A stretch of 64,000 nucleotides of DNA from Eledone cirrhosa (lineage: Eukaryota). The notes beneath the pieces are model-generated. The model was not told where the DNA came from, did no database searches, and saw only the letters and a program-made list of their open reading frames with translations. This document shows positions 23,834-35,320 of the stretch, piece by piece. How positions within the stretch are numbered: the stretch's first letter is position 1; the number at the start of each line of letters is the position of its first letter. Both the position numbers and the translations under genes were made by a program. The stretch lies in contig OZ024746.1 of NCBI GenBank assembly GCA_964016885.1, positions 33,728,001-33,792,000 of the forward strand. The letters are read 5' to 3'.

Positions 23834-26800
23834 CAGTTGCATTTATCTTGCCTTATGTTCATACGAGTTATCACCAAGTCACAACCAGTGACCTCAAGAG
23901 ACAACAAGGTCCGCCATGTTCAAGAAAGAACATACATATACACATGCATCTTTAGTGTTTAGACTTGTGATGTACTTATATTGACAGAATCTTCCTTAGT
24001 ATATGGGCAGTTCCCATTAGTACTATCTTTTGTATTTCTCCTATACGCGGGTTTCCTGGTATTTGCGATAAGTAATCATTAGACCCTTTAGGTATCATTG
24101 CCAGAGCGCCTACAACCACTGGTATTGTTTTAGTTCTCAATTTCCAGATTTTTCCAATTTCTATCTCAAGGTCCTTATACTTGCTCAATTATTCCAATGT
24201 TTTTATAGATACATTCTTGTCTATTGGAACAGATATATCAATTAGCAGGCATACCCTCTTTTTAAAGTCCTTCAATATTATATCAGGTCTATTTGCATCT
24301 ATTTTTCGGTCTGTTTGGATGCTAAAGTTCCACAAGATTGAGATGTGATCTTTTTCAAGTATTGGAGGTGGTTGATTGGGCAGGTCAAAATGCTTACACA
24401 TTATCCAATGTATGTATTGTGAGGCTCTGTCATGCCTGTTTAGGTATTCGGTTGGAGCTATAGGACTGCACATTGAAATTATATGGTCAATGGTCTCTGG
24501 TTGTTTTTTGCATACACGGCATAATGGGCTGCATCCATTTTTTATTAAGTTGGCTTCGTAATTTTTTGTTGGCAGACACTGATCTTGTGCTGATATAATC
24601 AGTCCTTCAGTCTCCGATTTCAGTCCAGAGGATGCCAACCACTGATGGGTTAAAGTTTTGTCGACATCAGGATTGTTAGCTCGCTCTGGGTATTTTCCAT
24701 ACAGAGGCTTTTCTTGCCATTTCTTAGCCAGTTTCTGTAGCAGTTCTTTCTTTGCAGTTACTTTTACCTGCTTTGCTTTTTCTGTGTTTTCCATTTCAGC
24801 AGTAAATGGGACTTCTGAAATTTGTAGTCCATTACTGTATCTTTGTGCATCTTTTGTAATTGAATACGATCTTTTGATGCTTTCGTGTTTCAAAACGAGT
24901 TTGATAATCCAATCATGTGATTCCCTTAGATATGTAGATAATCCAATTGTTGCAGTTTTCAAGGCAATGTCTAACTGGAATAACCCACGTCCTCCTTCTT
25001 TCCTAGGGAGATATATTCTATCTATATCTGCCTTAGGGTGATGCATTCTGTGCATGGTTAAGAATTTTCGAATTTTTGTATCGAGCCTACGGATCTCTGT
25101 GCTTGACCAGTTGATGACATTGTAACTGTAGATTACTACTGGTATGGCAAGCGTGTTTATGGCATCAATCCTATTCCTTGCATTCAATCTCGTTCTTAAG
25201 ATTGCTCTTACTCTGCGGTAACATTCCTTCCTTATCCTGTACCTCATTGTCGAGTGCTTGATTCCGTCTCCTTCACAAACACCTAGATATTTGTAAGTTT
25301 TTTCTTGATCAAGTTCTCTTATCACGTTCCCCCGATCAAGATTAATGTCTGAACTCTTCAGCAGCTTTCCTCTGGTGAACGTTGCTTTGGCGCATTTATC
25401 TAGTCAAAACTCCACTTTAATGTCATCACTGAACTGCTCCACAGTGGATAATAGCCCTTGCAATTGTTCATCATTTTTTTGCAAATAGTTTCAGGTCATC
25501 CATGTAGAACAAGTGATTAATGGTTTTGTCATAGACTTTATATCCATGTTTTGTTTCATTGAGCATTTTACTTAATGGTATAAGTGCTATGCAGAATAAA
25601 AGCGGTGATAAAGAGTCACCCTGAAAAATTCCACAATTAATATTAACTTCTCCAGCTTCCAGTGATTTTGTTTCACTATTCAAAAGGAGTGTCGTTTTCC
25701 ATGTCTTCATACTGAATGACAAAAACCTCCTGACAACGGGGGATATTTTGAAAATCTCTAAACATTTTTCAATCCTACTGTGTGGCAAACTATCGAATGC
25801 TTTTTTATAATCTTACCAATCAATCAATAGATTTTTGTGTCTAATATGACAATCTTCCAGTATCATTTTGTTAACCAGAAGCTGATCCTTACAGCCATAT
25901 TGAGCCTCGTTTACACCCTTTCTGCTCAATGGGAAATAGGTCATTTGTTATCAGGTGGTCATATGTGTATTCAGTTAGGACTGATGTTAACATTTTATAC
26001 ATTGTGGTCAAGCAAGTTATCGGTCTGTAATTTTTGGGATTGTTTGTCTCATCATTCTTCGGAAGCAGGAATGTAATGCCGTTAACTAGCCATGATGGTA
26101 TCTTTTCTGGCTCCTTAACTATTTCATTGTAAATTTGGGCTAACAGCTCATGAGACTCTGTGAAGGCATTTATCCAAAAGTTTTGTATTTTGTCTTTTCC
26201 TCGGGATTTCCATTTGCTGGTTTTTCTTAGAGCCAAGCGCAACTGTTCAACTGTTATATTTTCCCAAATTTGTTCCTCAAGGTAAGCTGTATCTTTCATT
26301 TGTCTGTCTATCCATGGGGCATGTATGTTATGAACTTTTTCTTCGGCCCAGATCTTTTCCCAGAACTCTTGCACTTCCTCTTTGGGTGGTATTGATTTAG
26401 CAGTTATTGTTGACTTACCAATTTTTCTGTAGAAGTTTCTTTGGTTGTTTTTGAACATATTATTGTCCTTATAGAATCTAGATCGTTTTTCAAAGCGCCT
26501 TATACGAGCAGCTTTGGCCGACACTTTTTGCTTGATTATTTCTATCAGCATGTCTATGTCACTTGTTGATTTTATACTGTACTTTTTTTTCAATTTTCTA
26601 AGTTTAGTTTGTTTAACATGTTCACCTACTTTATAGTTTGTTAAAATTTCTATGTCAGATCGGAGAAGGTTTATTTGGCGATTGATGTTCTCTTGCCAAG
26701 TAGATTTCTTGTGGGAATTCCTTTGTTTTTTCATCTTCACTCCACATAAGTGAGTGGTGACTTTAGCCGATGCATAATAGAGATGATTTAAATCAGTAAT

Positions 26801-27975
26801 GTTTAGTTTGTTTGTGATGATAATGTTTTTGAGAATTATATTAGTCTTGTGTATTATCTTTTGGTTCTGTGGATTGGCAGTATCGGTAGAGGGTCGGACG
26901 CCATGCTTTGACGCATAGAGTTACGGCCCTTGCCATTCTGAGTTCAAATCCCGCCGAGGTTAACTTTGCCTTTCATCCTTATGGGGTCGATAAAATAAAG
27001 TACCAGTAATACACTGGGTAATTGCTGGCCTTGTGCCAAAAGTAGAAACAATTATCTTTTGGTTCTGTTTGGAGTTCTGGATCTTAGGGAGGGTGTCTCG
27101 TTTCCCCATGTCAGATTCTTTCATTTTCATCCATTCGATCATAATTTCATCCTTCAAGTTGGCAAGTTCATTCTCATTCATTTCTTTATCATTTACGATC
27201 TCATTATTTTCATTTGGAGTTTCATCTTGAGCATGCACTCCCTCCACTTTTTCGATCATTTCTTTAATTTGTTCTGTTGCCAGTGATTCCGCCCCAACCC
27301 TGGGATTCGAAGTGTTACAATTTACCTCGTTTTCACTGACACATGTTTCATTTTCCCTTCGCTGACTTTGTGCTAATAGCTTGATCTGATTAATTTCTAT
27401 ATCAGTTAGTAACTTTTTTCTTACAATATTTCTTCGTATATTGGCTAGTTTGTTACTGTCAATATAGCCTCTGTTTTCGGGATGTTTCTTTTTCCAGTTG
27501 ATATATGTCTGTTCTGTATTCGATGTATTTGATGGGTAGTACATGGCAGTGTAGAAAGCCTCAAGGAGTTCTTTATTATCTTCCCTTGACCATTTTTCTC
27601 TCTTTTTCATTGGATTTCTTGGTGGTGAGCATGGAGGGCCAACAGTAGGAGTATTCCAGTTATGTGAGGTCTCCAGCTCCGAAGTGATGGGAAGGTTTGA
27701 ACCATTAGCTGATTTTTCAACCCCAGTCTGGTTCCTCTCTGAGGGACGCGGCCCTTTTTTATCCGGGTGACGGCCGATCCTGTATGAGATTTTATCATTA
27801 GACATTTACTTTATTTTGTCGCGTTTTATCCTTATCCGCCAAGGGGTAATCATTTCGTGTTATCACTTCTAGAACGAGTGTCAACCAAGACTAGAGGGGT
27901 CGTTCTCCCCTAGAGACACGGCTATTCCCCGCCGGCCGCCATCCCGGTATTTCTTGGTCACGGGGTTTTCTTTCT
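23834..27975 (-). mobile_element. Full-length disrupted R4/Dong-like RLE retrotransposon (family B) with SINE insertion
   Basis: ORF pieces 27805-23976: GIFQGDSLSPLLF, LFYMDDLKL, CRVC..ETIDHIISMC, RHD, RPDII..DIS.P; (TAA)n tail. Confidence 0.92.
26871..27050 (+). mobile_element. SINE family S1 with 18 bp target-site duplication
   Basis: attatcttttggttctgt at 26853-26870 and 27051-27068. Confidence 0.95.
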
Positions 27976-28945
27976 GTTGTTTTGTTTAAATTGTTTTTAT
28001 CATGAGTGGTTCCTTAATGTGAACATTGCGTGGCTTAAGAATGAAATTATTAATAACTGTCTCCACTCCAGGCACAAGGCCAGCAATCACCCAGTGCATT
28101 ACAATAATATAATATACTTTTTGCTGAAGTTGCCTGTTATTGTTGTTGGCTATGTCGGTGGTGGTGCTGGGGCTTTTTATATTGTTGGTGAGAAAGGGGT
28201 GAGCCAGCAGTGCCATAGTTGTTGATGTTGACGTTTGGCCGGTGGCCAGGTCACTAAGTCAATCTATTTATATCTTTTGCTAGCCTCTCCCTTGTCTAGT
28301 GATACCGCCACCTTCCCCTTTCTCTCTCAAGTTAACAGAGGAATACTGGTGGTAGCAATGAAGGAGTGGTGGCGGCGGTGATGGGATAGTGGTAGCAATG
28401 ATGGATGGAGTGGTGGCGGCGGCGGTGGCGTTGTCGTTACTGAGTTTTGTGATATGTAGTATCTATGAGTTTGTGTCGCGTATGTTTAATATATATTGTG
28501 TTGACATATACCCGTAAAATTGGAATTAAACATTTTGTTAAAACTTGAGACAATAATAATAGGAATTATTATTATTATGATGCTGGGATTGGTGGTGGTG
28601 GTGGTGAAATTGCCGTTATCTGGCTGTTATATTTAGTGTGATGGGGTAGGTGGTGTATCAAGTTTCTGGTGTTCGTGAAATTGCTGTTATTTGGCTGTTC
28701 TATATAGTGTAGACAGAGGGTGTTTTCTTCCATGTATAACCATTTTCTTTTTTGTATACAAAATATATAATACAAAATTGAATATTTGAGCGATATAACA
28801 AAATAATATGGATCCGAAATTTTATGGGACTTGATTCGGTGGTTTATGCAACATTTGTACTAAGAATTGTTATTTCACAATTGATTTAAATATGTTAAAA
28901 ATCAAAAACTTACAGGAGCGATTTCATGACCTTCTACCACCACGT

Positions 28946-29030
28946 TCTTCTTCTTCTTCTTCTTCTTCTTCTTCTTCTTCTTCTTCTTCTTCTTCTTCTT
29001 CTTCTTCTTCTTCTTCTTCTTCTTCTTCTT

Positions 29031-29102
<72 letters not shown>

Positions 29103-29110
29103 GTTGTTAT
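28946..29110. repeat. (TTC)n-(TTA)n compound microsatellite; the TAA part is the tail or target of family A copy 2
   Basis: Direct reading. Confidence 0.95.
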
Positions 29111-32100
29111 TCCTTGAATCTCAGTCATTGATGTTGGTTAACTGGAAAGTCCGTTGGATTGAATATCAAGCCACTACCTGCAGCCTCAGATATTCAGGAC
29201 GTATCGGAGGGTTCTTGCTGTTCCAAGCAAGCATGCCTTTTGAAGCGTTCCAAAAAGCGTGAAGGGGACGATTTTCTTTAACCATCCCTGGAAACTTTTG
29301 GAGATAGTCCCCAGTGCGCCTAAGACAATCGGGATCACTTTGACTTCATGGCAGTTCCAAATCCTTTTCACCTCCCACTTTAGGTCCTGGTATCGGTTAA
29401 TTTTCTCCCTCTCCTTCTCTTGCACTCTCGTGTCGAACGGGCAGGCCACATCCACAATCAGACACGATCTTTTTTCTTTGTCCACAACCACCAGGTCAGG
29501 TCTATTGTGTTCCAGTTTTTTGTCCGTCTGTATCCTAAAATTCCACACCACCTTCAAATGATTGTTCTCCATCACCGCCTCTGGCCTATGCTCATACCAT
29601 TTCTCAGAATGTGGTAAATTGTTTACTTTGCACAGGTACCAGTGGATCACCCTGCCCATCACATCGTGTCTCCAGCCCTTATAGTGGGTCTGGGCTAGGT
29701 GTTTACACTTGGACACAATGTGAGCCACAGTCTCCTCTCTCTCTCCACAGATCCTGCACAGTGGGCTAGCCTCCTCCTTGTAAATATGGTGCTTCAACCA
29801 CTTCGTTTTGAGGGCCTGCTCCTGCGCAGCCATTAGCATTCCTTCTGTAGCCTTTTTGAGGTCTCCTCTTCTCAACCAGTTCCATGTCTGTGGATCTCTA
29901 AATTCAGTTTTCTCAAAGAAGGTACTATGAAGGGATTTTCCCTTAAGGCTGCTCTTCCTCCTTGATGTTATTTCCTCCTTGGACATCCCCTGGCCTACTG
30001 TCCCCTCCTTCAGTACAGTTCTGAGCATTGGCTCCTTACTATAGGTCACGTATTTGTATAGGTGGTTTTTCTCCATCTGAACACAGTCCTCTATGCTGAT
30101 AAGACCTCTGCCACCCTCAGATCTCCTTAGGTAGAGTCTATCGACATCACTCCTCTCGTGGAACATGTTGTAGATAGTCAATAGCTTCCTAGTCTTCCTA
30201 TCCATTTCTTTTTGTTCAGCAACATTCCATCTCAGAATTCCCGCACTGTACCTAATAATAGACACAGCTCGGGAATTTACTGCGCTTATGGCAATTCTGC
30301 TGTTCAGATGTGACTTCAATACGCTCCTTACTCTCCGAATGTATTCAGTTCTTAACAATTCCTTCATTTTTTTTTGTTCTTTATGCCATCAGCCTCCAGA
30401 ACGCCCAAATACTTGTATCCTTCCTCAGAGTCAATTTCCTTTATCATCTCACCTGTTGGTATCTGGATCCCGTTACTTCTGCTCAACCTACCCCTCTTCA
30501 TCACAATGACTCCACATTTACCAATACCAAACTGCATACATATATCACTGCTGAAAATACGGACAGTGTCAACAAGCACATCCAACTCCTTCTCACTTTC
30601 CCCGAAGAGCTTAAGATCGTCCATGAAGAGGAGGTGATTGATGGTAAGCTCTCCCCTTCCCAACTTGTATCCTGCTCTCACTTTTCGCAGCATAATGGTC
30701 AAGGGCATCAGGGCAAGGACAAACAACAGAGGGGACAGGCTATCTCCCTGGAAGATACCTCTCTTGATCTTCACGCTTCCCAAGGATACTCCAGTTGATG
30801 TCAACTCTGTCTCCCAGGACCCCATACTCCTGCCTAGCAACTGTCTGATGTTATCTGACACCCTGAAGATCTCCAGGCTTTTGGTGATCCAGGAATGAGG
30901 CACCATGTCAAATGCCTTTCTGTAGTCTATCCATCCCATGGCAAGATCAGTGTGTCTCCTCCTGCAATTCCCCATTACCATCTTATCAATAAGTAACTGG
31001 TCCTGTGTACCACGTGACTTCTTTCGGCATCCTTTCTGTTCGTCCGGTAACAAGTTGTTTGTGTGGAGGTGATGGTAGATTTCTTCAGACACAATGCTCG
31101 TCAACAGTTTCCACATTACGGATAGACATGTGATAGGTCTATAGTTGGTAACATCATTACCCTTGATTCGGTCTTTCATTATCAAAACTGTGGTACCTTT
31201 TGTCAACCACTCTGGCACCTCACCCGACACCAAGCAACTATTGAACATGGCCGTCAGCTTCGGGTGGAGGGATGTTAAATGTTTAATCCAATACCCCTGC
31301 ACACCATCTGGGCCTGGTGATTTCCAGTTGGTTAGTTTTTTGGCCTGCCCCTTAAGAGTTTCAACTGTGATACTCGAATCAGTTTGTTGTTGTGCCTGCT
31401 CACCGATCTCCCTCTGTACTGTCTCAATCCACCCTGCCTGGGCATTGCGTCTAACATCCTGCTCCCATATTCCTCTCCAGAATGTTTTAGTTTGCTCCGC
31501 CCCAGGGATCAAGTCGTTGCCTCTTTCTTTCCCCTCAAGCTGTCCAAACAGCATCTTCTGGTTGTTGTCGAACATGCGGTTCTGTTTATACTGACTGACT
31601 CTGTTCTCGTATCGCCTGATTTTTGCACTCTTTGCTACAATGCGTTGCTTCAGTTCCTGTATGATAATATTTAGCTTTTTCCTCCTAGTTTTGTATTTTA
31701 TTTCCAGTCTATTTTTAGTGCCTATGTTTTTTAGTGTCCCATTCAGTAGTGACTCAAGCTTTCCTATGTCATTTCTCATTTCCCCGATTTGCCCACTCAG
31801 TCGCTTCTTCCACCACGGCTCTGCTCTTTCTTGCCTGTTGTTTCCTCTCGCTTTTATACCAAGTAGTTTCCTCATCGTATTTGCTGTTGCTTTGAGGATA
31901 TTGTTGCACTGGTGAAGGCTCCTCGCCTCAAGGTATGGGATGACTTTGTTTACCTTAGCTGTTGTTTCTTTTAACTTTTTCCTGTCTACAAATCTTAGGT
32001 TCATAGGTCTTCCACTATCATTGTTCAATTCATCTACCACTAAATTTAGGATGTCAACCGAATCTTGTCCTAGCCCGTCAGCATTCATCTCCTCAGTGGC

Positions 32101-32930
32101 CGTATCTCTGTTCCAGGTATTATTTATCTCAGTATTCAGATCATTGTCTGCTTCGGGTGGTTCCTCCGTTCTCAGGACCTCTTCACCTTCATTTCCCACT
32201 GGCTCGCTTGTCTGGCATACTACACCCGCCATCTCCAAGCCATTCTCTCTGCTCAGTTCCTCCAGTTCCAGCTCGCTTATCCATCCATTAGTTCTTATTA
32301 CCCGAGCCTGCCCGGCCAATTTTTGTTCATCTAATTTAAATAAACCAATCTCGTTCCAGATGTTATGCATCCGTCTCCTGTAGCCCCTCTCCTTGGGGTC
32401 ACTTTTCAGGTAACATTGCATAACAGTTCTATTCAATTCTTTCGTCCAGTTGGTTCTGGCCCCTTTCCTTCTTCTCCTTCCTCCAACATCAGCAGTATTT
32501 GGTTGACAGTCAGGTTCCTGCTGCTGAGCCAGGGGGCACCTGTTGGGTGAGAGTCTGTCACATGACGTTCTAGTCTCCATTTCACCGTTATTCGAACTGT
32601 TTATGTTCGATATTTAAACACTCTTATCGAGGATTGGCGAATGTATGGTTACATATCCATCTGTGGATCCGCCATTCCACTTGGCCCTTGTGTGGCATTA
32701 TCACCACGCTGTATACGAACACACATAAACAAACAAACACACAGGCAGAAAGGGCCCCAAAAATGAATAAGCATAAGTTTCATTGTAATGTAGTGTTCGA
32801 ATGACTGACTTAGTTTTTGTTTTTTAAGTTTTAGTTTTTCCCCCCTCTTCTCTGTCCGTCCGCCTGCTTCTCTCTTCATTCTTATTTTCTTTACGTTTTT
32901 TGGTTTTTTTTTTTTATTTTTTGTATTATT
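29110..32930 (-). mobile_element. Near-intact R4/Dong-like RLE retrotransposon (family A, copy 2)
   Basis: Two abutting ORFs (738 aa and 393 aa); colinear with copy 1; (TTA)n on both sides. Confidence 0.93.
29186..32580 (-). CDS. RT - CCHC zinc knuckle - restriction-like endonuclease polyprotein (~1130 aa, one frameshift at ~30367-30375)
   Basis: GIFQGDSLSPLLF, FMDD, CRICGEREETVAHIVSKC, RHD, RPDLVVVD..DVACP; frameshift lies in a T9 run that is T7 in copy 1. Confidence 0.85.
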
Positions 32931-32931
32931 A

Positions 32932-32966
<35 letters not shown>

Positions 32967-33179
32967 GAATGCCATGGTTGACGGAGGCTCGGCTCTGTAA
33001 GGTATAGTAATTTTTAACCGTTAAAACAATTGTAAATTGTTTAAAACTTGAACCAAATTGTTGATAAAGACACCCTCCTCCTCGTGAGAGGGGTCTTTCT
33101 GTCCGTTATTTGGCCCTTCGGGGTTAAATAACCAGTTATTGGGGTTTTGTACCCAAAATTTCATTTTAAACAAAAAAAC

Positions 33180-35285
33180 ATGGCTACCAAAAAGAAATTT
33201 CATACGTCACTCCCACTCATTCCGTCTTCTTCTTCCTCAATCATCACTACAGCAGAGAGAAGATTGTCTCTCTCCCTCCCTTCTTTAAATGTGTCTCTCT
33301 CCCTCCCTTCTCTTTCGCAAGCGACGAAAGAAAAGAAAAGTCTCGTGCAAAGCGTGCAAGGTTTCTCCACGACGACGACGACAGCGACGAAACAGGTGTG
33401 CGGGAAATACGAAAACCCAGTTCATTCGTCTGACGTCAGGAATAATAGCAGTAGCAGCCGTAATAACAACAGCAACAGTGACAATGAAAACAACAGTAGC
33501 AGCCGCAACAGCATCACCAGCAGCATAAACAACAACAGCATAAACAACAACAGCATTAGCAGCAACACCAACAACAACCACAGCAACAGCGGCGGAGGCA
33601 GTAGTCGTAGTACCTGCAGCAACAAAAGTACCAGCAGCTCTGACGACAACAACAACAGCAGAGAAAAACCAATCTCATTTGCAGGTATTGCGAAAAACTT
33701 GGAAACAATCCTCATAACAAATGAGGAATTAGAGGAAGCGAAGAAGATGGTGACAAAGAACGGACACCGAGCAATCTGCAAGGCAGCGAAAAATTTTTTC
33801 GAAACCCAAGAGCACTGTACGGTCACGTACCGTACAGTAAGTACAAAATCCCGTAGGGTGGAAAGAGCCACAGAGGCCCAAATACAAAAAGCCTTGGGGT
33901 CTGTGTGGCAGAGGAAAACGCACATCACCCGAGGCAAAAAATACGCCACCGTAGACGTACTTTTTGCCACACCCCAGGAGGCAAAGGCCCAATCAGTAGT
34001 GACCCTAAGGAGCGAGGAAATGGTGTTGGTGCCCTCCTACTGCGGGCAAAAAATTGTGAGGGTCAAACTGACCCACGTCCCCCCCGGAATGACCCCTTCT
34101 TGGCTGGCCGCGTCTGTCCTCGTCGGAATCGAGGACAAAACAACTGTACTGCAAGTACAGAAAAAAGTAAGAGAAGATTGGGTCGGCTCCTCCATTGAGA
34201 TGCTAATCCAAACCAACCAGGAGTGCATCGAAGCTATCCCGGATGTGATAGACTTCGATAACGGCACTCAACTGCCCATAAGTGTTGAGGGCAAACGCCC
34301 GAAATGCTTTCGCTGTGGATCGAAGACTCACCTCAGGGCCTTCTGCAACGAGAAGACCCTGAGAAAGGAGAAAACCCCCCTCCTTCCGAATCCGGCTCCA
34401 CGGCTACCAGCAACAGGACAAGCGGCAACCAGGAACGATAGGTCCGTGGCACCCATACCCACTCCACGGAAATCAAAGACAGCAGCAGCAGTGGAAATAT
34501 TAACAACAACAACAGCAATACCAAATGCAGCTGCAACAGAGACTCCAGTGCAAACATCACCAACAACAACAAGTGAAAGAGTGGAGCTGGTACCCCTCCC
34601 CGACCTTACAGAATCAGACATGGAGTGTGAGGTGGGAGAGGGATGGCAAAAGGTCGCAAGAAGGCACAAACGCAGAAGCAGCGCATCGTCGCCTTTGAAA
34701 AGGGAGGAAAGAAATGAGAAAAGGGTAAAGTCTACTGCAAAGAGACCCACAGCAGCAACACCACCAACACCATCACCACCCACACCAGCACCACCATCAC
34801 CACCGGCGACAACCCCACCGCCAACAATACCTTCAACACCACCACCACAAGCACCAACATCGCAAACACAACAACAAAACACACACACCCAGCAACAACG
34901 ACAAGAAAATAGCAGAACCACACCCCACCCCCAGAAAAACAAATGCACGGCAATAAACACACACAACAAGAAACTAATGACTTACATAATTGAACACACA
35001 GACATTTCACAACAGGACTACATAATACCAGCACCAATCAAAACGCCTACTAACATAAGACTGCTAAAAATAGCACAGAAACAATACACAAACATTAAAA
35101 CGAAATTCCCCAACGCAGTTGGTGATTTCAGGGACCTAGGAGGAACCATTAATCGAAGAGTATATTCAGACATTCTCTTAGAAGAGCCGACGACCAGCCG
35201 AAGGGACGATTCAACGGTCCCTTCACCAGACGATCAAGTGAAAAGGGATGTAAAAACCATCCCTCCTCTACCAAAAGTACGGTAA
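33180..35285 (+). CDS. LINE ORF1 protein (gag-like, CX2CX4HX4C zinc knuckle, low-complexity N/S- and P/T-rich arms)
   Basis: First ATG at 33180 within the 33147-35285 ORF; CFRCGSKTHLRAFC; immediately upstream of ORF2. Confidence 0.88.
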   Translation: MATKKKFHTSLPLIPSSSSSIITTAERRLSLSLPSLNVSLSLPSLSQATKEKKSLVQSVQGFSTTTTTATKQVCGKYENPVHSSDVRNNSSSSRNNNSNSDNENNSSSRNSITSSINNNSINNNSISSNTNNNHSNSGGGSSRSTCSNKSTSSSDDNNNSREKPISFAGIAKNLETILITNEELEEAKKMVTKNGHRAICKAAKNFFETQEHCTVTYRTVSTKSRRVERATEAQIQKALGSVWQRKTHITRGKKYATVDVLFATPQEAKAQSVVTLRSEEMVLVPSYCGQKIVRVKLTHVPPGMTPSWLAASVLVGIEDKTTVLQVQKKVREDWVGSSIEMLIQTNQECIEAIPDVIDFDNGTQLPISVEGKRPKCFRCGSKTHLRAFCNEKTLRKEKTPLLPNPAPRLPATGQAATRNDRSVAPIPTPRKSKTAAAVEILTTTTAIPNAAATETPVQTSPTTTSERVELVPLPDLTESDMECEVGEGWQKVARRHKRRSSASSPLKREERNEKRVKSTAKRPTAATPPTPSPPTPAPPSPPATTPPPTIPSTPPPQAPTSQTQQQNTHTQQQRQENSRTTPHPQKNKCTAINTHNKKLMTYIIEHTDISQQDYIIPAPIKTPTNIRLLKIAQKQYTNIKTKFPNAVGDFRDLGGTINRRVYSDILLEEPTTSRRDDSTVPSPDDQVKRDVKTIPPLPKVR

Positions 35286-35320
35286 GTGGTCTTTCCCATC
35301 TTTTCCACTCTATTTTAAAC

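Noticed and set aside
27980-28900. GC-skewed low-complexity region, possibly a relic ORF1, with a short SINE tail at ~28066-28102
   Set aside because: No recognisable domain; cannot be assigned
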